The position numbers and the translations under genes were made by a program. Shown in pieces: positions 34,441-48,334 of a stretch of 64,000 nt of DNA. How positions within the stretch are numbered: the stretch's first letter is position 1; every line of letters begins with the position of its first letter. Source of the stretch: Chrysomallon squamiferum (lineage: Eukaryota; Animalia; Mollusca); assembly GCA_012295275.1 (NCBI GenBank), contig CM022670.1:38378001-38442000 (forward strand), in the 5' to 3' direction. The notes beneath the pieces were generated by a model, which saw only the letters and a list, made by a program, of their open reading frames with translations, was not told the DNA's origin and ran no database searches.

Positions 34441-34592
34441 AGTCGCCATTTTTTTTTTTTTTTTTTTTTGTCCTATGCTTTCTCTTTTATCAGTAAAATC
34501 TGAAAACAAATACACTGTTCATTCGTGTCCATGACAACGTGAAACTCGCGAAACAGCAGCACGGGTTTTCGTTATCGAGTCCGCCATTTGTT
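34441..34592. promoter_or_regulatory. Candidate promoter: X-box-like GTGTCCATGACAAC (34525-34538) flanked by two YY1-like CGCCATTT motifs
   Basis: One mismatch to the X-box consensus; CpG-rich; donor-like TTC|GTAAGT at 34920. Confidence 0.45.
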
Positions 34593-34711
34593 GATTTACA
34601 ATGACCGTGTTCGATTAATAACGTGTTATTTACACCGGATTTGACTTCCATGTTTGCTTATACAAACAAACTGCTGAAGCAAATGAAGCAACAAGATTCG
34701 TCCTTTCTCTG

Positions 34712-34754
<43 letters not shown>

Positions 34755-35159
34755 CGTTGAACAACAAATGAGAGCGAAGAGCCTCGTTCGAGATTTAGAG
34801 GGCGTGAAAAGAAAATTTACTTTATTGTAACTGATCGAACTTTTCACGGATGAATATTTCGTTTAGATACTTAATGTACATTTATTTTGTTAAGTAATTA
34901 TTCTTGTTCGTGCACGTTCGTAAGTCAGTGGAGCTTTTTAATTGTGATTTTGGAAGTTTGGTGTGTGTAAAGTTAAAAATTGTTGTTGGGGTATATAGTC
35001 GTTCTTACTGTTAAAATAGCAAAAACTTGTTTTGGTATTCTTAATAAATTAAACTGAAACTTTTAAATTCAGTAATTTAATTTTTATTGAAGAATGTAGA
35101 CTCTGAATTACTGAGCCGTACTCATATTTTGTACTTAAAAATAATCGGTCTACTTTGAA

Positions 35160-35219
<60 letters not shown>

Positions 35220-35872
35220 ACTCTCACTTTTTCTCTCTCTCTTTATCTGTATGTTTGTCATTCTGTCTTTACGTCCGTTTGTATTGCCCATCTGATTCTC
35301 TTTAATCTGAATTTTTTTTGTATTTCCTTTTATTTATTAATATCAAAATATTATTTTTTATTTTTGTATTGGTCATATATGTAGGGACAGACATTAAATA
35401 GACTGCACTGTTGGCCGATTCCAAACCGATATAAAAATATCTGTAGATACTAAATGCTTCATAAAACGCAAGATTCGACAAGCGAGACATGACAACACCG
35501 ATAACAATTCAGGAAGTAACTCTATCAAAAAGCCTTACAATAATATCCCAATTTATCTCGCTTCGGTGCTTTTCGTATGTACATACTTGACACGGTCCTG
35601 TCCTTTTAAAGTCGATTCACTTGAAGAGACGAGCCTGGTAAATCGTGGATCGGTGACTGATAAGATCAGGCCTGTTTAAATACTGGGCATTGAAAGAATT
35701 TGTCTGCCGATCAGAGTACGTCTCAGTGTGTGTTCTTTTAGGCACGCAGTCACAAATATTGAAATGTAGACTTATACATGTAGATTCGGGTATTCAGATT
35801 CACAGGCAAAAGACAAACGTGTTAAATACAGACAGCAGGTAAAACGTCTTTAACGGTGTAGAAGTGAATAAT

Positions 35873-35934
<62 letters not shown>

Positions 35935-36156
35935 CTCTCTCTCTCTCTCTCTCTGATCCTTTCTCTCTTTTCTCTCTCTCTCTCTCTCTCTGTCAGTCTT
36001 ATGTCGCTCTCTTTCTTTCTGTCTGTCTGTCTGTCTGTCTCTTATACACACACACGTTTTCTAATGCTGTCTTACATTATCTGTCTCTTCGTCTGTATAT
36101 CTGTCTCTCTCACACCCGCACATTCATTCACTCTCTCTTTCTTTCTGTTCTAATTC

Positions 36157-36264
<108 letters not shown>

Positions 36265-36645
36265 TCCCTCCGTCTCTCTCTCTCTGTGTGGGTATCCACT
36301 CTTTCTTCAAAGATCTGTGACCAAATGGATCAGTACTGTTTGAAACCCGCCTTTGCTTTTGAACTGTTTGTAAACTGTATGTGTCAGTAATGAAAAAACG
36401 TGCACCGTACTCTGGGCGTAAAACCCCAGCATGTTTTTCATTATCACATTTTTCTTTATCTAAGTCGTGCATTGATCAGAACGCGTTCAGTGAATATAGG
36501 TTTATCGGTTCTTTACAACATAATACTGAATAGAGCACAGAACAGAGTGATATAACACAAAACATCTTACTTGTTTTGGAACAGAACGACAGTAATAAAC
36601 AAAAAAAAAACGTTTACCCCATTCTGTCTTACCACACCACATACA

Positions 36646-36683
<38 letters not shown>

Positions 36684-37246
36684 AAACAACTCTCTTAGAA
36701 TAATTAGTACACCTACCTGAGGAATGTCATATTTTGGTTCTGAAGCATTCTACAAATTCTAAACACAAAGCAAACGAAACGTGCCCAAGTTTAATAGAAT
36801 ATTCAGTTTTACAGGTTAAATCAGTCATAATGTTTTTTTTTTTTTTTATTACATTTACCACGTAACAAAATATTTTACAATAATACCTTTATCAGTGCGC
36901 ACGTATGTTCGTATGTAAGTATTCACAATTAAATTCCTTATATGTATGTGTGTTTATTTATTTATTTATTTATTATATGTGTTTGTGTGTGTATTTATTT
37001 ATTTATTTATTATATGTGTTTGTGTGTGTGTATTTATTTATTTATTGTATGTGTTTGTGTGTACGTTTATTTATTTGTTATATATAATAAATAAATAAAC
37101 ACACACATCAAACACACATACAGATATCTAATATATATCTTTCTATCTATAATCGCTGTGGTTTTTATATAATAAATAAACACACACACACAACACACAA
37201 ACACAAAACACATACGCACTAACAGATATCTATCTATCTATCTGCA

Positions 37247-37280
<34 letters not shown>

Positions 37281-37314
37281 TCTATCTATATATATATATA
37301 TATATATTTACTAT

Positions 37315-37382
<68 letters not shown>

Positions 37383-37887
37383 CATGTATTCATGCATATT
37401 TAAGAAAAAAAAAAAAAAAAATTCTGAACAGTATTTGGTTAGGAAAAGAAAACAGTTATTTATTTCAGGAGACATCCAGAATATTTATTTTTAATTTTTT
37501 TATAACCAATCCAAGAATGAATAATTTAAACAAATTAGTCTACCAGAAACCAGTTTCGGTTGTCGCAGGTGACATGAAAAGGTTCGGGGTATCGTGTTTC
37601 CAGTGGTTGTGGTATTAAATGACATCCTTTATTCAGAGGGATTAGCAGTAAGCTCACTTGGCATAGTATATCTCGCCAGCTCTTTACTGGTTGTGGAAAG
37701 TTCATTTATAGTACACAAGTATACTAAATAAAAAAAAAAAAAAAAAAATAAATAATTAAAAAAAAATACCATTCATTCTTGCTGTGTTTACAGATAATTA
37801 ATATCTTTTCATGGCTTTTTTTTTTATACAGTGGTAAGGAGTGACTCATATATGAAGTGATTATTTACCGTTAGTACAAACAATTAA

Positions 37888-37919
<32 letters not shown>

Positions 37920-38085
37920 GAAAACCCCTGTTCAAAACAAAGCGTTAAGGAATAAAAAAAAACCAAAAAAAAACCGGATAATTAAAAACAGTTAAATTGT
38001 AAACCATTAAAAAAGTAATTGATATGAAGACCAGTTAAATTAGAATTAAAAAAAAAAAACGATAAAAAAGAAAAAATTAAAACAG

Positions 38086-38138
<53 letters not shown>

Positions 38139-38447
38139 AAAGAAAAAAGAAAAACAAGAAAGAAAGAATGAAAACGAAACCGAATAATAAAATATAACAG
38201 TAAAATTGGAAACCGTTAACACACACACGGCCATTTAAAAAAATATATACTTATGGCGATCATTTATAGCCCGATTATTTAGTAACACAGAGCACGCTGA
38301 ACTCTCTTGCAAGTCTTCTGTGCGTTTCTTATACAAGAAAATAATTAAAATAGAGTTTTATATTTTACAATTGTTTCTCTTTCTTTCAGGAATCCTGTTT
38401 GTTGAGGTTATAGCATGCTTGCTACGGACGAAGACTAAGACAGAAAA

Positions 38448-39588
38448 ATGGGGGTCACAGTATCCAAGGGTAACCCGTCAACGGATAGCACGGACAGCAC
38501 GACGTCATCGTCCAAGGTAAGCTGCCAACGTTTGAGTTTAATCTCTGACAAATTTGAGATAATTTTATTTGCCGGGGAAATGTTATTGTGTATATATATA
38601 TACTTGTTGAAACATATTAAGATTCGTTCTGTTTTGGCGACGAAGATAAAGGATCGATATGCCCAATTTAATTTGTGTTTCTGATCAAATCAGATTGCGT
38701 CGGATTCAAAGATATGAGAAATTTCTGCACGCAAGAGGAACATACGATCTGTTTTCGTTATCAGCTCTTTTCCGTTGTACAGAATTCAGTTTTACTGCCT
38801 ATTTTAGGAAATTCTTGTACATTTTTTAAAAGAAATTTTAATATTTTTTATTTTTTATTTTTATTTTATTTTTATTTTTTTTAAATATAATATTTTATAT
38901 AGAGTTACTGTAACCCTCTCTCCATCAATAAAATTATTATTATTAATTAATTATAATTCTTATAATTCTTATAATTCTTCAGTTACGTTATGAAAAGGTC
39001 AGATTCCGGATACGATTTCCATAACTATTAACAGACTTACGATTTAACCTCGACTGGTTTTACCTTTGATTTGGAAAAAGACGAGTGATTCATGGTTCCG
39101 TGTTGACGTATACGTATAAAGAGTAACACTGTAGTCATTAGTGTAGATCAGTTTAAAAGACTATGGTATGTGATGCTCTGTTTATGTGACACTGTTTGGA
39201 TATCAGTTAATTTTGATATTTATTTCTTATTATTTTATATCTTAATGTGCTGGCAGCTAAAACTTATTAATGGAATTATTTAGAATTTTTTAAAATATGA
39301 ATATATATATATGTATATATATATATATAATGTATATATATATATATATATAAATAAACTGTGTTTTTGCATCATAATTAGAATGATTTTAAATAAATCA
39401 TTATAATTATATTGGGTCATATATGTTTTAACTTTTTATGGTCACTATACATACCCAATACTCTACACAGACTCATAAACCATGAATTTTGTTTCGTCCA
39501 AAAAAACAACAACAACAACACAACAACAACAACAACAAAATTAATTAAATTAAAAAAATATATATATATATTAATAAATAAATTAAAA

Positions 39589-39619
<31 letters not shown>

Positions 39620-40602
39620 ATGAATGAATAAAAATAAAAAACGAAAAAAAAAACAACAACACGTAAACCAAGAAAACAACAAAGGAGCAAATTAATAGGT
39701 GCGTTCAGCACGAAGGAGGAAATTACAACCCAATTTAATTGTTGGTTTGCTGATTTCCCAGCGATAAACCTCTGTTCGGTCAGAAATGAAGTCAACAACA
39801 TTAAAGCAGTTGAGATGATTTATAATTTAAGAATATAATTTAAAGAAATGAGGTATTAAAGGTGAGAGTTAAAAGAAGGACAAAAGGAAAAACAATCTAT
39901 TTAACAAAATAAATAAATAAATAAATAGTTAAATAAATAAATGTAAATAATTAAATAAATAGTTAAATAAATAAATATAAATAATTAAATAAATATTAAA
40001 ATTAATAAATGTAAATAATTAAATAAATATTAAAATAAATAAATGTAAATAATTAAATAAATATTGAAATAAATAAATGTAAATAATTAAATAAATATTA
40101 AAATAAATAAATGTAAATAATTAAATAAATATTAAAATAAAAATTTACAATAAAATAAAATAAAATATAAATATAAATAAATAAATGCAGTAGTAGCAGT
40201 AATGGTAGTAGTGGTAGCATTAGCACTTACTTACAGATATGAATTATTTTCAATTTTCAGTCAGATGCACAGTCAAATGGAAAAACACCAACAAATCAGA
40301 AAGAGCTCCCCCTCCCATCCCGCCAAAGAAGAAAAAACAAGAAATCTTCAATGAAAAAGACTACAAACATGTAGCCACACACGTTTCCAAGGTAACTGTG
40401 ATGTAGCTTCAGCCCATGGCTATGTAAATAAATACATAATGAGACGAACGTACACAAATATAAACTACTTATAGGACACAGTCTTTGTGAAACTAAAGTT
40501 CATTAGCTCTCTTTCTTTCCATCTCTGTTCTTTATTTCTCTCTATCTCTCTTTTTTTGTCCATCTCTCTTCCTTATATATATTTATAGCTTGACAGATAA
40601 AG

Positions 40603-40658
<56 letters not shown>

Positions 40659-40708
40659 TCATAAATACATACAACGTACACATATACATACATAAATACA
40701 TACATACA

Positions 40709-40740
<32 letters not shown>

Positions 40741-41483
40741 CACACACATACATACACACACACATGTATATCTGTGTATATATAAACTGTAAATGCACAC
40801 ATGTAAAAGACTCTAATCATTCTGAAGATAGATATTTATTTATAAAATTCTCGGAAAATCAGGCACAAACTAACCACAACGAAATACTACGTTATAATTA
40901 CACACGCGTTCATTAATCTTGCATGTCTCCAAGCCAGCGTGGCCCAGTTTACACGATCCCACACTTTCCAATATTAATAAATAAATAATCAGACGACTTT
41001 CTGCTTTGCAAATGTTCGAGCTCTTTTGCGTAAGAGATAGAACGTTTACCTATAGTGTATACGTGCGTTTGTGTATGTTTGTCTGTGAAAAGTTCTCCGA
41101 TAATAATTAACACAGACACACATACGCACGCACGCACGCACACACACACACAAACAGAGCCGTAAATAATGGTCAAAATAACATTATAATTCAGATGAGC
41201 CAGCAACCTGGTTTAATGATGGCATAAACGATATTATACTCTTTGTTTCCCCAGTCTGTGTTATTACTGTTGTTACGAATGACTCTTCACGTTAAACAGT
41301 CTGCTAAAAATAATAAGAATCCTTCTGACAGATGACTCGGTTAATCCTATTGACACGATTTCTCTTCATTAGAACCAACAGCGATATCAGTTTTGATCTA
41401 GTTGACGTTAATTTTTTTTTTTTTTCTTCTTTATTATTGTTATGTCTCGTTGGTTGTTGATAAAATAGGCCAAGGTTGAGTAA

Positions 41484-41541
<58 letters not shown>

Positions 41542-44500
41542 TTTCTTTTTTTTTCTCTCTTTTTTTCCCCTCTTCTTCACGCTTTCAACATGGCCACATG
41601 CGCGGGGAAATGATCAATAAATAAATTATACGTAAAATCGTGCGTGAATTGAAATAGATTTAATATTATATGACGTACTTGCTGCAGAGATCTAAATAAA
41701 CCATGGACACCAAGCATTGATGATGATGATGACATAATAATAATAATAATATATAGTACAACAGTAGTAGTAGTAGTCGTAGTAGTGATAATAATAATAA
41801 TGATGATAATAGCCCAACAACGACGACAACAATGACAACAATAATAATATTATAATAATAAAAAAATAATAATTACAGTAAAAACAATAACAACATCGAC
41901 TGCAATAATAATAGTAGTAGTGGTGTTAGAAGAAGTAAAAAGTAATAACCACAACAACCAAAACGACAACAACAGTCACAATAATAATAATAAGAAGAAG
42001 AAAACGAAGAAGACGAACAACAACAACAACAACAACAATAATAATAAGAAAAGAAGACGAAGAAGAACAACAACAATAACAACAATAAAAGTAAATATTT
42101 TTTTCTTTATATGTTTTTGTATTAGGCTCCCGAAGGTCTGGCTAAAGGAACGTTCAGGGAACTTGTGGATTATCTCACAGGAACCCCTGGATGGGATGAC
42201 CTGGCTAAAGTGAGGGCCATCTTCCTTTGGCTGACGTCAGTGGACATCTACAATATGAAGATTGACACGGAGCCCCCGAAATATTCTCCAATGGAATATT
42301 TTAAAAAGATTCAGAACAATCAAGGAAATCACGCTCATCTGTTTTCAGGACTTTGCCAGTAAGTGTCGTCAGTTTCTAGAACTTGGTCAGTAAGTGCTGA
42401 AATATTTCTGGGATACTGTCTGTAAGTGTCGTTAATTTCTAGGATTTTGTCAGTAAGAATCGTCAGTTTCTAGAACTTGATCAGTAAGTACTGAAATATT
42501 TCTAGGATTTGTCAGTAAATATCGTTAATTTCTAGGATTTTGTCAGTAAATATTGTTCACTTCTAGGACTCTGTCAGTAAGTAGCGTTAATTTCTAGGAT
42601 TTTGTCAGTAAATATCGTCAGTTTCTAGAACTTGATCAGTAAGTACTGAACTATTTCTAGGATTTTGTCAGTAAGTATCGTTAACTTCTAGGACATTGTC
42701 AGTAAGTATCGTTAATTTCTAGGATTTTGTCAGTAAATATTGTTAACTTCTAGGATTTTGTCAGTAAGTATCGTTCACTTCTAGGACTGTGTCAGCAAGT
42801 AGCGTTAATGTATTTTACAAGACTTGGTAGGTTAATGTGTAGTACAAAATTTAAAAGACGTTTACAACAAATGTTCGTTCATTTATTCAGTATGAATCGT
42901 TTAATTTAATTTAATTTTTTAAAAGGTTATTATTGATTTTTGTTTAATTTTATTCGTATATGATTAAATTTATATTAAATGTATTATATTTTTTAACACA
43001 ATTTTATTTTAATCTGTTATATTTTTCAATTTGTATTTTTGTTTTATTTATCTTTTGTTCCATACTTCTGATTTGTTTCTAATTTAATTCCAAAATAACA
43101 AATTCAAAACGTTCAATAAATGAGTGAATGAATAATAATAACAATAATAATTAAAAAAAAAAGAAAATGGATACCTTATTCTGACTATTAATATCTCATA
43201 TTTTCAATTTATCTTTGATCTTTTAAAAATTCAGTAGCTTATTTTTTTAAAAATATTGCTATTTGTACCAAATAATTTTAAACAAATGGTTTAATTTTCT
43301 ATGTAATCATTTTTACATATTTCTTTCTTTCTTTCTTTCTTTATTTCTTTATTTATTTTTTAAATTTTTTTTTTTTTTTTAAATTGTTTTAGGATGGCTA
43401 ACATCCACTGTATGATTGTGAGCGGAATGAACAAAAGTGCTGCGTACCAGATCGGAAAGAAAGTGGACAGAAAGAAGATGGGAGCCCAGTGGAACGCGGT
43501 CTACGTTCAGAACACCTGGCGCTTCGTCGACTCGTTCTGGGCGTCTGCGTGCGTCGTGGGGCGTCGTTCGGGCGAGTGGGAGCTCGTCGACTCCGAGGGA
43601 AACGTCAACGACTCCGAGGGAAACGTCCACGACGAGGTCGAGGTTCAGGAAGGAAAGACGGAGCACAGAGTGAACGAGTTTTACTTCCTGCCGGACCCGG
43701 ACCAGCTCATTTACACCCACTTTCCAGACGAAAAGCAGTGGCAGCTTCTGGAGAAGCCGCTGACCGTCGCAGAATTTGAAAAACACTTCTACGTTCGAGA
43801 GAGGTTCCACATCCTGGGAATGAAAACGACCAATGAGAGTCACAAAGAGGCCGTGATAAAGGCCGCCGACGGAGAAGTCAATATCTGTTTCGCTCTAGCG
43901 AACAAAGACAGCGAGCACTACAGGTTCAAAAACATGCTGTACAAATCGAGAAAAAACGAAGATTCCGGCAGCAAGATAGACATGTTCCTCGACCGATTCG
44001 TCTTCTTTGAACATTCCCCCACCATGGTCAACTTCATTCTGCGCTTTCCCATGAAAGGCGTCTTCAAGATGGACATCTACGGCTTGGACGTGAGAGAATC
44101 CGACATATTTGACCTGGCCTGTACGTACCTCATCGAGTGCCCGCAACCGAGGAAGAACTGCCTGCCTCTGCCGGACTGTCCGCAGATAGGCTGGGGGCCT
44201 GGGGCAGCGGCTGCGAAGGCCGGACTCAAACCTCTGTCCCACGACACGGCTACCATCGTCACGAAAGACGGCAAAGTGAACATCGAGCTCGCCACGACGA
44301 CCGGCTTGAAGGTGGAACTTCACCAGGGCCTGAAGCACACGGCCATTGACGAGGCGACGCTCAGCAAGTACGCGGTCACCGAGCAGGACAAAGACAAGAC
44401 GACCGTCAGGCTCCGTCTTCCGCAGACCGGAGAGTACGCGCTGAAGCTGTTCGCGCAGGAATCGGGCAAGAAGGGCGAAGCGCCCAACGTGTGCAACTAT

Positions 44501-45504
44501 CTCATCAAGTGCGAAGGAGTCGATTCCAACGGGGAACAGTTCCCGCACATCGCTGGAGGCGTGCTGGGCAAGCATCACCTCGCGGACAAGTTCGGGGTCA
44601 AGGCTTTGAGTCACCCGGGCGGGACCTTGGAGGCTAAAGACGGAAAACTGTCGGTCAACTTCGCTGCCAAGGACGGCGTTGAGCTCATCTGCGAACTGTA
44701 CACGAACAACTCCTCGGCGGCGAAAACCATGGCCGTGGCCACGAAGAACGAGAACGGCGAGTGGGTGTTCGACGTGGACGTTCCGAAGTCCGGGGAGTAC
44801 TCGCTGAACGTGTTCGCGAGGGACAAGAACGAGCCGACTCGCATCCACAGCGTTCACTCCTACCTGCTGACGTCCGCCGGGAAACCCGGCTTCCAAGAAG
44901 AAGACGACGACGGCGAAGGCAGCAGAAAGACGCTCAACATACCGACGGAGACGGTGGAGACGTCCGAAAACGAAGCCGTCGTGCCCATACCTCCAGGATG
45001 CAACAACCCCAGGGCAGAAATATACAGACGCAACGCCAACGAGTCCCAGGACTCCAACAAGATCGGCATCATCCAGGACGACGACATGCAGCTGGTGTCC
45101 GTCAAGATGAAGGACTACGGCGACTACATGCTCGATATATACGACACCGACGACGACGGAAACGTCAGCATCGTCGCGCGGTATCAGCTGAACAGGAAAA
45201 GGCCGGGAGAGCTGTACACGAACAATCTGAAGACGATCATGGAAACTCTTCAGGAGGAAGGCGTGAAACCCAGTAGCGAGCTTGAAGAAAACGACGACAA
45301 CAGAGCCCAACAGACTGACGGTAAATCTACAAGTCTTAAAATAATCGCTTCATGATGACTATATAATAGTTATATATAGCTTAAAACAGGAATATGGATC
45401 ATTGCAGTTTGAAAAAAGGAGAAGAAAAAATAAAAGGAAGAAACATAAAATAAAATATAATAAATAAAATTAAATATTATAATAATAATAATAATAATAA
45501 TAAT

Positions 45505-45547
<43 letters not shown>

Positions 45548-46402
45548 AAATAAATAAGTAGGTTAGTAAATAAATAAATAAACGAATAAATAAAATACAA
45601 TAAAATAAATAAATAAAAAATAAAAATAAATTAAAATGGTAAACACATTTAAAAGATAATAGTAAAAAGTTGAATCCATAGAAAAATGAAAACTCGATAG
45701 GTAGTTTCCATTTATATAATGTACAAAATAAACTAAAGAAAAAAGAAGGAAAACAAAATATAAAGAAAAAGGAGAAAGAAAGACATTTACTGAAATAATT
45801 AACAAATTTGTGCTTAAGTAAGCATTGTTAGAGCAATCTTAAAAGTGTAAAGATGTCTGTTTTGTGTTTCGTCACAAAAAAATGTTCTAATGCCAATGGT
45901 TCTTTAAAAAATAAATACCAGTATTTCATAGTTTGCTACTTAAGACAGAAAAACATATCTATTTAAATTTAAATATGAAATCGTAGATTATAATATATAA
46001 ATATATATATAATCGTATATTCACATTAAGCCAAATTGACTGGCATACCGCCATGTTATTTCAGAATTTGATAATATTAATGATATGAATGCAGATAAAT
46101 ATGTTTTTTTCTAAGGTGTCAGAAAAAGGCAGATTGCCCGGGGTATTCAGTTATCTAAAGGTATTTATTTATAAACTAACAAAGGCTGCATGAAACCCCT
46201 TTTAGTTCTAATCAGTTCCATAGAAAACAGCATGTGTAGACAGTTTCCTGTTAAAACGCGTAACAACCCGTAGAGTCGTCACTAACATGTACAGCATAAT
46301 AGAGGTACCTTTTGTGAACACACAGCAGAAATATATAATAATTTTCTTTAAAACCCCAACCAAACCAACAATATATATTAAAAAGACACCCACACAAACA
46401 GA

Positions 46403-46444
<42 letters not shown>

Positions 46445-48167
46445 GACGCACACTCACACACATGCATTCATACGTGCTTGCGTACATACCTCTATATATA
46501 CATAACCATACAAACTTACATACGTATATATACACAAATACATACGTATGTACGTACATATTTTCCTACAGACATACAGATAGTCAGACGCACATACATG
46601 CTAAGACATGCACATGCAGGTCTAGTAGAACAGTTCATAAACCAAAGACAGGATCGTGACTAATCATCAAATAGCCGAGTATAATAGTATATAGATATAC
46701 CGCCTTGATGAAATGAATACCATTACGCCGTACTATACTATCATGATTTATTACTAACCTGAACGAGCAAACATAGTTTATGTTAAATAATATACAGTAG
46801 GATATAGTTACTAACCTCTGTCTGCACTTAGATACATACACATACACAGTACACAGACAAATATCTACAAATATATGTATATATATATAGAGATAGATAT
46901 ATACACACACACACATACACACACAACCATACATACACAAATATAAATATATAGATAGATTAGATAGATAGACAGATAGATAGAGAGATAGACGTACATA
47001 AATTGATACACAAATATTTATGTATGTATGTATGTTGTATGTATGTATGTATGTATGTATGTATGTATGTATGTATGTATGTATGTATGTATGTATGTAT
47101 GTATATGTATGTATGTCTGTATGTATGTATTATATATATATATTGCCTAGGACGGTAAAGTAACGTGGGCGGGGCAACAGGGGCGTTAGCCTTGGGCGCA
47201 AAATTATTAGGTTCTCCACTGGACTGGTGCAAGGAACTCGTTGTGGACTAAGCTCCTCGGGTTAGGGGGACGCGATTCTAGCCTTGTCCCGGGCGCTGTT
47301 TGTGCATTCGTGTCATATGGAAGACATTTTAGATGTTATGGTTTGTATTTTTGAAGAGATATGCAAGCATGTTTGAATTTTGCATTGGATTATTCATATT
47401 GTCCGATTCGTCTGTTTCGTTTCATCTTGTGATTTTTTTTTCAGATTATTTTATTAACTGAAAATATAATTTGATTAGTTAAAAGACATATAATGTTATG
47501 TAACATAATGCACCGTAACATAAGCTAGTAATATAACGTAATGAAGTATATTGTAATATAATATAATATAATATAATATAATATAATATTAATGCAAAAA
47601 TGTCACAGAAGACTATTTCATTACTCAAAACTATAAAAAAAAAAAAAAAATTAAGCTGATAATTAATATAATGAACGCGTTGGAAAATTGAAAATATTAC
47701 TTTATTTATTTATTTATTTATTTATTTCAGAGGAGAAACGGATAATTGCCAATCGACACTTAGAGCGTGCCTTGAATTTAAAAGATGAACAGCAACTGGA
47801 GAGAGCGATCGCTCGATACCTCGAAACCAATCCACCGGAAGATGATCCTCTGCTGAAAAAGGCGAGAAATCAAATGACAGTGCTTAAAGCGAAATACGGT
47901 AATTATTGGATCGGTTTGAAATTACACCATCCCGATTTGTAAAGTGGCTGACCCGGAGCATAATGTTTTATATAGACCTGGTTTTAATAATAATAAATCT
48001 TTTAACAACTACTACTACTACAACTACTACTACTATTAATACTGATTTTATAGTTTCAGTGAATTATTTTCCCTGCTATTACCTGGCCCGAAGATCGCAC
48101 TCAAATGACCTTGAGCTTGTGTCGTCTGGGCCACATTTATGTGTTAGCTGGGCTTGTGTTATTTCTA

Positions 48168-48212
<45 letters not shown>

Positions 48213-48302
48213 TTTTTCTCGCCTTTGCTAATAAATAAGTTTTCTAAATAACAAACGTGGTATTTTATTGTCAAAGTCATTTTAGTAAAGACTGAGTCAA
48301 GC

Positions 48303-48334
<32 letters not shown>

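Noticed and set aside
40332-40338. Slippery heptamer A_AAA_AAC in the right frame for a -1 ribosomal frameshift in paralog C
   Set aside because: Similarity to paralog B (APPPIPP vs GPDPFPQ) is already in the -1 frame upstream of the heptamer and no downstream structure was seen; an upstream indel is more parsimonious.
42355-42809. CRISPR-like appearance of the 31-bp array
   Set aside because: No unique spacers, eukaryotic intron and no cas genes; it is a plain minisatellite.
43895-45310. 471-aa antisense ORF, and other ORFs overlapping the large exons and the 56.5/60.3-kb genes
   Set aside because: Shadow frames of GC3-rich coding exons; no independent motifs or counterpart in paralog B.
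47145-47305. GC-rich island in an intron of paralog C
   Set aside because: Probably a DNA-transposon remnant, but no TIR pair or TSD could be defined.
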